A stretch of 64,000 nucleotides of DNA, from positions 57,970,001-58,034,000 of the forward strand of contig CM060731.1 of the NCBI GenBank assembly GCA_030704615.1. The letters run 5' to 3'. The stretch is from Takakia lepidozioides (taxonomy: Eukaryota > Plantae > Bryophyta). The stretch's first letter is position 1, and every line of letters begins with the position of its first letter. Under the pieces are notes generated by a model. The model was not told the DNA's origin. It saw only the letters and a program-made list of their open reading frames with translations, and did no database searches. Made by a program: the position numbers and the translations under genes. Positions 40,326 to 52,800 of this stretch are shown in pieces.

Positions 40326-41051
40326 TGTCGCGCACCTCACTTCGGTAAGCTCCCCTTCAAGTCATAGTTACTCGCTTTGATGCGCGCGCCTAACTCCCAA
40401 CCTGGCTGCCCGGGCCAACTCAGAGCTTCAGCTGCTCACCGGGACATAACAGTCTCTTTTTTTTCCCCCAACAGACCCTCCACCAATTTGGGCCTAGTGG
40501 AAATTCCCTTTGGTAGATGGCAATCCGGAATAGCTCCCCACTTCTTGGTCGCTTTCCGGCTCGCTCGTTTACTCACTAGTTTTTGGTCACCAACGGGCTT
40601 GCATCGTTCTCGGGGTTACTACTCCCTATATATACTTCTGTGACTGTCTGCGGGGGTTTCACAAACAACCATGCCATTTTATGGCAAACCACCACGAAGA
40701 CCCTCGATTCCGGGTGATGAGTCGCGGTGAGTCTTGGCCCATCCACCACGGCCCCATTGGACCGTGATGAGTCCCAAGACTCCCCACGACTCCCACCACA
40801 AGGTCTCCGCCCCATGGTGAGTCCTATGCCACCCCCACTAAGTCCCACTAAGCTACCACCACCCCTTGTGGAGCCACCCCCACCGCAACCCGGTGTGCGG
40901 GGCTCTACCTAGTGAGCGCCTCCGCCTCCTTGAGTGCCTTGGGCACTCAAGGGTGCTTCAGCCCCCCGTACCTATTGCTGCCACCGCCCCCACCACAGGG
41001 GCAGCCCCTCTACGTCCCGACCCCATGCCCTCAAGGCAAAGGGCCGCGACA
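40326..41051. mobile_element. Solo LTR (726 bp)
   Basis: TGTCGCG...CGCGACA termini, 5-bp TSD TTGGG (40321-40325, 41052-41056); removal restores LINE frame ARDPTSKFGAKLK. Confidence 0.92.
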
Positions 41052-41056
41052 TTGGG

Positions 41057-41359
41057 TCTCTAGCAAGCAAGCCTGCTTGAGACCATGCTTGAACAAGGCC
41101 TTGTTTGAAGGAGGTGAGTTTTAGCAAGGAGGAGTTCATTTTATATGTGCATCTCCCTCTAGACTGAGTGTTAGGGATATTGAGGGATGCTGAAACTAGG
41201 GCGTGGTCAAAACCTTGTTGAATCGGAGCCTGAGGATTTCTTGAGATCCATTGAGCCAGATTTAGAGATGTGTAGAATCTATCTAGTCTGGCCATTTGTA
41301 AGTGAGGGAGCGATCTGTTGTTTGACCAGGTAAATGCGGGGCGGTTAGAGTTGGGGTGA
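41057..41359 (-). mobile_element. LINE ORF2 segment (endonuclease C-terminal part)
   Basis: FTWSN...ARLDRFY...FDH...YKMNSSLL. Confidence 0.9.
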
Positions 41360-42058
41360 GAGGAGGTCCTGGGGGGTGCACTCTTTATAAAATGTCCGTA
41401 TCACGTGCGTTCGCCGCCTAATAAAAAAACCCCCCTCTATACGGGTCCTTGGATCATTTATACCCCCTCTGTACATACATTTTGAAGATTATAAAACCCC
41501 CTCCTGTAAATATATAGAAATTTGTAATTTAAAAAAAATACCCCCTTCTGTATGTATATTTCCCTTTTCAATAATTAAAAAATACCCTCAAATATGTATA
41601 TGTATGTTTTAATATTATATCAAGTTTATTCATTTAAAAATAAAATAAAATCTAATAAATTAATTAAAAAAATTGTTTGCCCTCGATAAAACTTGTTGTG
41701 GAATCTCACTTTGAACAATAATCAGATGCCGAGAGGAAAAGGACATTGTCAATGCCCTATGTGCAAGAGGCCTGAAGAAAGTTTCTATTTTCTGATATGC
41801 AGTCTTGGGTATTTCATCAGAGAGTGACCCTCTTGAAGACCAAGACCTAGTCACTGCACCTCTGTTTATCAACTAGGACAGTTTCTGAACTTGTTCTACA
41901 GTTTCAACCTTCGCAAGGTCCAATTATGTTCAAAACCTACTATTGAGAATTCCTCTCCAAAAAGAGATTTCGTGCGCCTTTGCTGCCACTGTTGGAGTCC
42001 AACCTGACTCGCAGTTGACAGAGTTCAATACATTCAATTAGATGACAAGCATTTCATT

Positions 42059-44222
42059 TCACCAATACTCCCCACAAGAACAAACACCATTTTGGAAGTG
42101 GTGAAAGCGGTTTGCATCCCGTACAACAATCTCTTGCTTAGCTATCTTTGAGATGAATTTGGTGGTTGTGTGGCAATCACCACACATCCGAAGATTCTTG
42201 ATGATCCCTAAAGACATCCCAGAGGGTGTGTTGATAAGCCCAAAAACAATGGCCAGCTTCTCATTGTGGTGGCAAAGAGACGATTCTTTAAGCTCTTCCT
42301 CAACATCATGCAATGCAAAGTGCGGGCTTCACCCCTTCGCACATCATTTGCTCATAGGTCTCCAAAGCCTCCATCCCGCACCCTTGCTGTGCATATCCTG
42401 CAATCATCGCACTCCACAACAGCACATCTCGTTCAGCCATACCGTCGAACACTCCCTTCATACATGTCCACGAGGGTACTGTTCAGAATGACATTTGATA
42501 CAATTGCAGATCTAACAATGTCGCCATGGACCTCTTTGCCCTTTTCCAAAGCTGATAGACTTACACACGCATTGCAAATGTACACAAACGTGATGTGGTC
42601 GGGCTTCACCCCTTCCCCCATCATTTGATCATAGGTCTCCAAAGCCTCCATACCACGTCCCTGCTGTGCATACCCTGCAAGCATCGCACTCCACGACACC
42701 ACATCTCGTTCAGCCATGGAAACTCCCTTCGCATCCTTAATGCACCCACATTTGGCATACATGTCCACCAGGGGAGTGTTCAGAATGACATCTGGTACAA
42801 TTCCAGCTTTGACAATGTCACCATGGACCTCTTTCCCCTTTTTCAGAGCTCCCAGGCTTGCACACGCATTGCATCCTGCTAACATTATATTCCACGTGAT
42901 CAAAGATCGTTGAGGCATTCTGTTGAACACTTGGTGAGCATCAATGATGCTCCCGCACATAACATACATGTTGACAAGGGTGTTGAGAAGAAAAACATTT
43001 GACGTGAATCCACTTTGGATGATGTGAGTATGCACCTATTTTCCAACTTCCAGACCAGTGTTGGACTGGTATCAAGTTTTTTACATACCAGACTAGTCCT
43101 GGTACCAGGCGTATCACAAAACTTTCATACCAGTCTGGTCTCTATAATGGTGGATGTATTTTTTTCCAGATACTGGTATGAATATGAGTATCATGACCAC
43201 AATACCAGCTGGTATGAGATATCAACTCTGGTATCATTCCAAAGCCATCTTGAGTTACAAATTTGTCAAGTGGCAAGTATCAAGTGAAAACAAATAAAAT
43301 ATACATAAGAAGTAAATATACATAAGTACGAATATATAGGCATATGTACACATAAATTAATTCAGTATACATACCAGAGTAAATGAGGAAGACGATGGGG
43401 GAGTACGGGTATTGTGGCTGGTATGAAAGAACTGATACCAGCCTGGTCTGGTATCTGACCAAGTATTCTCCCAAATGATACCAGACTGGTCTGGTATCTA
43501 ATACCAGTGCATATACCAGTATTATGTACCAGTCCTTCACCTATATACCAGTCCAACACTGTTCCAGACCTTCCATCTTGATGCACTTAAGCAAGAGACA
43601 GACATACATATCTGAATCTGGTGAAATGCCTTGTGATGTGGTTAGGCTTCACCCCTTCCCCCATCATTTGCTCATAGGTCTCCAAAGCCTCCATCCCGTG
43701 CCCCTGCTGTGCATACCCTGCAAGCATCACGTTCCACGACACCACATCTCGTTCAGCCAGAGTGTTGGAAACTCCCCTCACATCCTTAACGCACCCACAT
43801 TTGGCAAACATGTCCACAAGGGCAGTGTTCAAGATGACATCTGGTACAATTCCAGCTTGCACCCAGGCTTTCACACGCATTGCAAACACAAACAAATGTG
43901 ATGTGGTTGGGCTTCACCACTTCGCACATCATTTGCTCATATGTCTCCAAAACATTCCTACCACACCTATGCTTGGTAAATCCTTTCAACATAATATTCC
44001 ACGTGATCAAAGATCATTGAGGCATTCTGTTGAACACTTGGTGAGCATCCCTGATGTTCCGGCACTTCACATACAGGTTGACAAGGGTGTTGAGTAGAAA
44101 AACATTTGGCGTGAATCCACTTTGGATAATGTGAGTGTGCACCTGCTTTCCAGCTTCGAGACCGTCCATCTTGAAGCACTTAAGCAAGAGACAGACACAT
44201 ATTTGAATCTGCTGAAATGCCT
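42059..44222 (-). pseudogene. PLS-class PPR protein with DYW deaminase domain (organellar RNA-editing factor), disrupted
   Basis: P/L/S motifs (NTLVNMYVMCGSIIDAHQVFNRM, DVVSWSAMLAGYAQQGRG, VKPDHITF) and DYW domain [43 protein letters not shown]. Has frameshifts, an internal tandem duplication and a deletion of the E domains. Confidence 0.93.
43056..43561. mobile_element. hAT-type MITE (506 bp) inserted in the PPR
   Basis: 17-bp TIR CAGTGTTGGACTGGTAT, 8-bp TSD TTCCAGAC (43048-43055, 43562-43569), many ataccag/ctggtat subterminal motifs. Confidence 0.92.
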
Positions 44223-44334
44223 CCTTGGTTTAGAGTCTATAGAGCCTCTGTCAGGCTGTCGGGAAAACAGGGTGAAATGTGTTGAAGAAGGTGCCTTCAT
44301 CAGCAGTGCCTGATTTTATCAATTGTGCCGCTAC

Positions 44335-45450
44335 TGCAATCTGAAAACAGTATTCATTTTCTGATACACTGTCCGGGGTTCTCTCATTGATAACAGGTGT
44401 ACGTTGAAGGTTGCAATGACCAAAAGTGCTTCTAATAGAGTCCCACATCAATTCAATCTCAAAGAAGTTCGTCCCTTTGACTAGTTGGAGAGCGGTCTTA
44501 CACATTGGTGATTCAATGGGGCGTGCTCTAGGAAGACAACCAAGGGCAAGGACTTCAACTGTAGGTGACCAAGTGCAGTGGACTCGTGAGAACTCCCAAA
44601 CCCTAAACGTTCCATTGTGGACTATATCATAATGGACAAAAATTTGTTCCCCCAGTGTGCCAATGTGTTGATCGACATAACTGATATTGGTACCTCTGAC
44701 CACTTCCTGGTTTGGACTGAGATCAAAAGGTGTTTTCCCAACACCAGAGTAGAAAAGATTCTTAAGGACCTGCACCTGGATCCGCAAGTCTTGACCCTGC
44801 TGGATAAATCCGACTTAGAGGCTGCAGTGTCCAAAGCCATGTCTGTTGCTATGAGATTGTCTGATGAAAATGAAGTTAGGCAGAAAACTTCCCTGAACTT
44901 GTTTCCAGTCAGTGACATGGGGGAGGACATCTTGGATGACCTCAAGGGTCCACCCACTCTCGGCACTAGACTGAAATTTAAACTCGGGACAGGAAGCATA
45001 CCTTTGAACAGCAAACAGAAGCAGAGAGGAAAGGGAGAGTGCACTTCCCATTGTGTGGGCAATCTGAAGACAGTATTCATTTTCTGATACACTGCCCGGG
45101 GTTCTCTCATTGATAACAGGTGTACGTTGAAGGTTGCAATGACCAAAAGTGCTTCTAATAGAGTCCCACATCAATTCAATCTCAAAGAAGTTCATCCCTT
45201 GACTGGCTGGAGAGCGGTCTTACACATTGGTGATTCAATGGGGCGCGCTCTAGGAAGACAACCAAGGGCAAGGACTTCAACTGTAGGTGACCAAGTGCAG
45301 TGGACTCGTGAGAAATCCCAAACCCTAAACGTTCCATTGTGGACTATATCATAATGGACAAAAATTTGTTCCCCCAGTGTGCCAATGTATTGATCGACAG
45401 AACTGATATTGGTACCTCTGACCACTTCCTGGTTTGGACTGAGATCAAAA
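44335..45450 (+). repeat. Direct repeat (~390 bp, two copies) of an unrelated LINE endonuclease fragment
   Basis: 44338-44728 is near-identical to 45060-45449; encodes DYIIMDKNLF...DIGTSDHFLVW (APE-endonuclease SDH motif). Confidence 0.75.
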
Positions 45451-46340
45451 GAGGACCTCTTGTGTGTGCATACTTGTCTGTAGTCAGGTAACGACGGATT
45501 GGTCAGTGAGAACCACCACGGTGCAGCTAAGCACGGCCTGCTTAGAACAAGCTGACTCTCCCAAGAACCTTGTAAACATCTGGAAGAATATCAAATCAGG
45601 TACTAACAGGAGGCAAGAGCCCGCAATAACAGGATGAAAAAAAATCTTCACATCGTACCTTAAGAAAACGCCACACCTTGCAATTGCAGTTGTCCCACCA
45701 TTGTCAATCTTCTAAAAACTCATGTCAGGTCTGCTCAGTGCTGCAAATTCAGGGCCGACTCTGTTGAGAGGGCAAGACAAGCTGAAATAGGTCGAAGAAG
45801 AAGGTGCCCTCACCACATTGTCCTTGACCTTGTGTCATGACCCATGGAGGATTTGCCCTCCTATCAACCCAAAAGGATCGCTTCCCTAAACTCTCCCCTA
45901 AACCTTGTAAACATCAGGAAGAATACCATGCCCTGTGGAGAGGAGGGGAGAGGAGAGGAGGGAAAAGAGAAAGCCCGCGGAAGGGAAGGCAAACGCGGGA
46001 GAGGAGTGGAGAGAAGATGAGAGGAGGAGAGGGAAAAGAGAAAGCGGCGGGAGGGAAGGGGAGAAAGATCGCGGAGAGAGAAAAAAACAAAAACAAACAA
46101 AAACAAACAAAGAGATGATCCTGCTATTTGACCCCGCGGTGCATCGCGGCCAAAACGTCATTCTTACCACTACACTACCCCTTAAAATACAACAACCCCC
46201 TCCTGTAAAATTATATTTAAGGTGTTTTAAACCCCCCTCTGTATGTATAATGTTGTACATGGGGGGGTTTAAAATACCCCCTCCTGTGCACGCACGTGGC
46301 TGGTACATTTAATGAGGAGTGCACCCCCCAGGGAGGAGGT

Positions 46341-47181
46341 GAAGGCTTCTGTAAGGTTATGGTTTTGGTGAAGGGTGTTCCACGAGTCTGTCTCTGCCTG
46401 GGATGGGTTCGATGAGGAAGATCCCCTGCGATCTTGAAGGGCTTCGACCATATTGAAGTCTCCCGTCAAGATCCAGCTATCCAAGTTAGGCTTGTCTTTC
46501 AGTTTATTGTCTATGGCTGTCTAGAATTCAGTCCTATCCACAGTTGAGTTGGGGGCGTAGATGTTGACTATTCCTATGGAGCTTGCATTGTTTGGGAGGT
46601 TGATAGCACAAAATTGAGCTCTCCTCGGGATCCACAAATCTTCTGAGACCATGAGAGCGTGGATGGAGGGAGATAGGAGGAGGGCAGTACCTCCCCTCGA
46701 GCCTACCGACGTGGGTTTCCATAGAGATAGAGTTTTGGGCCACAAGTGATCTGAGAGTTCTAAGATTTGGGGGGGGGGTTAGTTTATGTTCTTGAATCGC
46801 TACTATGGCGTCTTGTTGCAGCATAGGGCTGAGCCAAGATCGAAGCCTGACTCTTTTAAGGGAGTCTGGCCCCTGGCCCAGACCACGAATATTCCATGAG
46901 TCTAGGTTAATTAACATGATGGGGGACTTCTAGGGCTAGAGTGTTACACACATTTGATGGCCAGGATGATCAAAATAGAATTTGACCCTTTTCTCTGTGG
47001 GGAGCAGGGTGTTAACCCATTGAAAACCAATGGGGGGTTTGGGGATTTGTTTCTTGATCATCATCATGATGACAGTGTGGATATGGTTTGGCGGGGTTGT
47101 GGCTGTAAATTGACCATGGTGTGGCTGGAAAGCTGAGATAGAAATAAGACGGGCTGTTGTTTGAAGGAATTCTATGGGTAG
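46341..47181 (-). mobile_element. LINE ORF2 N-terminus (APE endonuclease, start ~46917) and probable ORF1 end
   Basis: SWNIRGLG, AIQEHK, VNIYAPN, WILTGDFNMV. Confidence 0.9.
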
Positions 47182-48469
47182 ATGCACTACAAGAGATGAG
47201 CGTTTTTAGGACTACGGCTTTGGCGGAGTCATAAAAACTGCACTAGGTACATGACTACAGAGCGCTGAAATGCATTACAGTTTTAGTTTTATGACTTTGT
47301 AGTAATGGATATCACTACATGACTCCGGAAAGTTAGGGAGCATTGGTCAAACATTGTTGACCATGATGACAAGGATGGTTTATATGACTAGTGTGATATG
47401 TTTGACTACACGTGGACGACGTTTCATGGAATCTTATGACTCCATGACTGAAGATGGTTTCAGAGCTCTATTTATACGACTACATCACTACACGTGTCAT
47501 TTTGAAGGCACATATAATGCAAATAAGGTTGCCCATTAGGTTTAAAAAAGTTAAATTTTTTGCTAATAAGGTTGCCCATTAGTGTAATCGTGAACAGAAA
47601 GGAGGGCTGGGACTTGGCGTCTTTTTGTCTCTTGCGCCACACCACATAGCTGAGGGATGGAATGCGATGATAGCAAGATATGCAGGGGCATGGGATGGAG
47701 GCGTTGAGCAAATGATGCACGAAGGAGAAGAGGAGGAGGAGACGAGACGAGGAGAAGCGAGCTCGCCGTTCTTGGGAGAGTCAGCTTGGTCTTAGCAAGC
47801 GTGTTTCAATCTCTGACTACTCATCTACGCCATAGTGGTTCGATCTGACAGACCAATCCGACAGTACCTGACTACAGACACAAGCAGCACACACAAGAGG
47901 TCATCGGTCAAATCTTCTATGGGTCAGGACAGGTCAGGACAATGTGGTAGGGCACCTTCTTCTTCAACCTATTTCAGCCTGTGTTGCCCTCTCATCAGAC
48001 TCGGCCGCAAGATGCATATTGAATTCTGTAAGTTAGGTCGTTGGGTAGATCTATGGTGGTTTGGAGTGACTTTGGCAAGTTACTGCCAGTGTGGCAGCAG
48101 GGAAGTATCCAAAAACATATAATAGAGGTGAGGAGAAGCTTTGGGGTGAACACTTTCCGACCCCAATGGTGGGACAATGGAGACAAAAAGGCGAATGCCT
48201 GTTGGACTACAGAGAGAAGCAGATGCATTTCAGATTGTGATAAGTAGGGTTGGGGTGTTTTGGGGAAGAACTCCACACCAGTATGGTTGGGGTGTTTGCT
48301 GGTAGAATTGTAGGCTGTCAAAGGCATGGATAGCTGAAGGAGTAGGGATAGAGTGTGGGTCCAGATTCATCCAAGAGGGCTGGATTTCAAGCTCCACATT
48401 ACCTATGATTCCCTGTGGAAGGATAGGTACAAGAAACCTACATGGGTAGATGGTCAACTGGAAGCGGCA

Positions 48470-49700
48470 TGCTGTACTATATGTCATTACTGTACTATAT
48501 GTCATTCCAGAGACTGTCATTGTTGGTCCATGTATTTTACAACAATGCTATCAATATAAGACTCCTGGTTTGCATTGGAAGCTCAATCCCTGCAAGTTCA
48601 TTGTGTGTGAAGCTCAAACTTGTGATTTGAAGGATCTTGTAGCCAAGTTCATTCAACCGGAAAGGAAAAATTCTGAAAGCTCCCAAATTTGATGTGGGCA
48701 AGCTTATGGAGGTAAGACTTAGCTTCCCTCCTCTAATGTAAGTGTTGGATAAGTTTCATTTAGTGTCGACCTTCACTGCATATATTGGCTCTTTTCTTGG
48801 CTGGTTTCATATTTTCTTGGCTGGTATGCTGTTGGTTGGCTTCTTTCATTCACGTGTGTAGTGGAAGGGGAGAAGTACTTTCCTAAGTTCTGCTGCAACA
48901 ATGTCTTTTTCCAGTCTAGATGTTTTCGATGGATACAAATTGAAGTGCTTTGAATGTTGCTGCAATACTATAATAAAGTGGAGGGTGTTGAATGCAGTTG
49001 GCCTTGCTTCGTGCAGGCATAATCCAGGGAAATGTGGACATAGCTGAAACCCCATGATAGCATTTCCAGAGGACGGTGTGGATGGCCTCACAATCCAGCA
49101 TGCAAAATCCATGACAATGTGGAGCTGGCTGAATGGGCAAACAGGTTAAGTGGCGAACAAGCCACGTCACTGGTACATAGTTGCATGCTTACATAGTACA
49201 TGAAAGCGTACTATATGTCATTCCCGAAATTGACCATGTTGGTCCATGTATTTTACAACAATGCTATCAATAAAAGACCAATGGTTCGCATTGGAAACTC
49301 TATCCCCGTAAGTGGCTTGTGCGTGATGCTCAAACTTGTGATTTGAAGGATCTTATACCCTAGTTCATTGCAGAGGTGATTGGAAAAGACATTGAGAAGG
49401 CAACAGCCGTTATCTATAATCTACAGATCCCCTTCAATTTGATGTGGGAAAGCCGGCTGGCTGGAGGTCTAGTCTCACTTTCACTCATCTAATGTCAGTG
49501 TTGTATCCATTGCAATGTGGAGATGTTTGAAACAACATTGGAGCATTTCCAGAGGATGGTCTGGATGGCCTTTCGTGGCGTGTGCCGAATCCATGGCAAG
49601 AAAACATTGCAGGCAGAACCCATGGCAATGGTACCAGCACGGGTTGGTCCAAAGCCAATTGCAACAACAAATGAATGAAGGGTGCTGAAAGGAAAGCACT
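48470..49700. repeat. Diverged internal duplication in the CACTA2 passenger region
   Basis: 48494-48710 matches 49209-49460 (tactatatgtcattcc...gctcaaacttgtgatttgaaggatctt); 49058-49120 matches 49540-49630. Confidence 0.8.
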
Positions 49701-49820
49701 CCATAATTGATCATAAAATCCAGTGTCCAAGCATGATATCTTAATGGGAATGCGAAGGGAGTGTTACCACCTTAAACTATCATGCATGGTCTATAACTGG
49801 AGTGCACAAATCGCGCATAT

Positions 49821-52800
49821 CTAATCTTCATCATCCTCATCTATGTCTGGGTCACTACATGTATCACTGTCTTCATCACAGACTTGATCTTGTCCAAGGG
49901 TTGGCTGAACATCATCACCACATATACGGGGTGCTCGGAGGTACAAGGAGGCCACCTGCTCTGGAGTAACCGGTACCGCTCGGCTGCATGTTGGGCCATC
50001 AGTAAATAGAGTCTCCTCTAGTCTTTGTGGGGCTAACAATCCTTCCACTTCCGCCACATCATCATTATCAATTGATATGTCGCAGACCACCCTACGTGCT
50101 CGGGGGCTCTTCTCCAGGACGACTTTCCACCCCGGCTCCTTCACACAATCAGAAAAAAACACTTGATCAACCTGGCCAGGAAACACAAAAGGTTGCTCAG
50201 AAGGTGGAAGCATACAGTTAAAATTGACAAGTGTGAAGCCAGCATCATCCTGCTTCATTGACATAGGTTGACGACCCACGCGACTCGCCCGTACCCACGA
50301 ACACAAAAACACTATAGGTTGTGTTTGGCCATAGTCAATTTGCAAAATCTCCCTTATAAGACCCACATATCTTGTAGGTTCCTCCATGTCATTGCCTGAA
50401 TTGTTGGTAATGGGCTGGTGCTAGAAAACAGATGAGACTCCACAATCAAAAGACACCATACTTGTTGTGTTCATGCCGGGGGATGTAACCTTGTAATGGT
50501 TACCATACGCTGTCATACTCTTGAATGACAGGGCAGTAAATGATGGAGGCCTTGAAAGATCCAGTAATTCCTCACGTGTTGTAGGATCAAGCCCATCTGA
50601 TTGAATTGAGAGATGATCCCGTACCTTGAGGGAGCCAAACAGCAAATGGAGGACAAGGATGCAAATCAGGAGGGTACTGAATTGCCGTGGGATTGCTTAT
50701 GCCTTCTAGCCCTTGCTCCTCACGAAACAAGCGTCGTCTGGCTTCTATCCGTGTGGACTCTGCTTCATATATCCTATCACAATCCGAGGGTCAGCCAGGA
50801 GATTGACAGGTGGCGTGAGAGATTTGAAAAGACGCCATATGCCAACTAATGATAACTGACCAAAACTTGGAAATCTGAATGTCAATGAAGTAGATTTCTT
50901 ACCCCAACATGACTGATAGACGAGGATGGTTCTAAATGATGTACTCATGTACAATATCACATAGGTCATTCAATTTTCAGGCTTTAGAACTTCCTTCCAC
51001 AACTTCACGTTCCACAGATTCTGCCTCATCTGCATCCCACACCCTTCATACACTTCCATCAAATCCTGCCATATACTCTGTGCAAAAACCCAATGCTTCT
51101 TCAAATTGGTATCCTTCTGCCATGCTCCCCTCGGGCCTTGCCATGTTTCTTACGTAGCCCTTCATATCTTTCATTGCCCGCTCCATGGGGTACATCCAAC
51201 GAGATGCTACGGGCCCGCATAAGTACAACTCATCCACTAGGTGAACAACCAGATGTGTCATCACATCAAAAAATGATGGTGGGAACTCCTTCTCTATAAG
51301 ACACAGAGTGAGAACTGCTTCAGTTCTCAATTCCTCATACTCTACAGGATTCACCACTTTTGCACACAACTTCTTAAATACACGACATACTCGCAAAATG
51401 GCCCTTCGAGGACCACTTGGCATGAGCCCACGGATAGCAAGCGGTATAATTTGCTGCATGAGCACATGATAGTCATGTGATTTCATGCCAGACAACTTCT
51501 TCTTCACCACATGCTTTTTGAAAGCTGATGCGTAGCCTGTTGGCACTTTCAAGTTCTGCACAATCTCCAGAAAGACTTGTAACTCAGCCTCAGTGAGGAC
51601 ATAAGGGGCAGGAGGCATAATTAACGTATCTGCTCTGTCAGGATCACGTTGTAGCCACAATTCCGGGCGCATCCCAAGTAGCTCCAAATCACGGCGAACT
51701 TTCAATGTGTCTTTCTCACCAAAGATAGTTTTAATAATATTTTCAGCCAAGTTCTTCTCGCAATGCATTGCGTCAAACGTGTGGCGGATGAGGAGACCCT
51801 ACAAAATGAACACATAAGCAATTGAGCATTTACTCATCACAATTTAAACAGAAAACGCAAAAATGTACACAGCCAATTTAAAGGCCATGAAGGAATTACC
51901 TCCCAATAAGGTAAGACATATAAAATTGACAATCGCTTAACTCCATGAGTTTTTGTTGGGTCTGTCTGCTATCTGGCGTCCCTCCGTTTTCCACCCATGC
52001 AGTGCGAGCTGTTGCAAGGTCCTTGATTTGTGTTCCAGTCTGCGTTTTTGGAGGAGTTCCATGCTCAGTAGCGCCATTGAACATTCTTGACCTTCTATAT
52101 GGATGATTGCGGGCCAAAAATCTTCGGTGGCCTAGGAAAACAATTTTCCACATGTGTGTAACTGCTGTGAAGTCACCCCGGGTCCACAAGCTGGACAACC
52201 AGCATAACCTTTCGTCACTTGACCTGAGAGCAAGCCATATGCAGGGTAGTCATGGATTGACCACATCAACACTGCCCTCAGTGTGAATTCGCGTTGACCA
52301 CGAGGACGGGAAACATCATGAGCTGCAATCCCTCTCCATAGTTCCAGTAGCTCTTCCACTAGGGGCATCAGGTAAACATCTACGTTGTCCGAGGTAACAG
52401 ACTCCTTACCAGGAATCAGTAGCGCTAACATGACAAAGAACTTTTTGGTCATTAACCACGGAGGCAGATTGTAATTGACCAAGAGAACGGGCCATGTGCT
52501 CCAACTTGTGGATTGAGCTCCGTAGGGATTTACACCGTCTAAGGCCAATCCAAATCGCAGAGATCGTGGCTCTGCAGCAAAATCCGCAAATGTGGTGTCA
52601 ATGTGTCTCCATGCTTTGCTATCAGCTGGATGTCGAACCAACCCATCCTGGCTCTTATGTCTGTCGTGCCATGTCATGAGGTTAGCGATCGATTTACATC
52701 GGTACATACGTTTCAACCTTGGAATGACAGGGAAGTGTCGCAATACTTTCTTGGGCACACTTCCACGACCTGGAATGTAACGGGAACTGCGGCACACTGG

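Larger units (their letters stand above)
41368..46332. mobile_element. Non-autonomous TIR DNA transposon (8-bp TSD; hAT- or Mutator-like, unassigned) carrying gene fragments
   Basis: 16-bp perfect and ~43-bp imperfect TIR CCTGGGGGGTGCACTC...CACGTGCGT. TSD GAGGAGGT (41360-41367, 46333-46340). accccctcctgta-type subterminal repeats at both ends. Removal restores LINE frame NLTEAFTSSHPNSNRPAFTWSN. Confidence 0.9.

Noticed and set aside
42059-42313. U-to-C (DYW:KP) editing variant
   Set aside because: The diagnostic N-terminal box is deleted and the remaining sequence looks like a standard DYW domain
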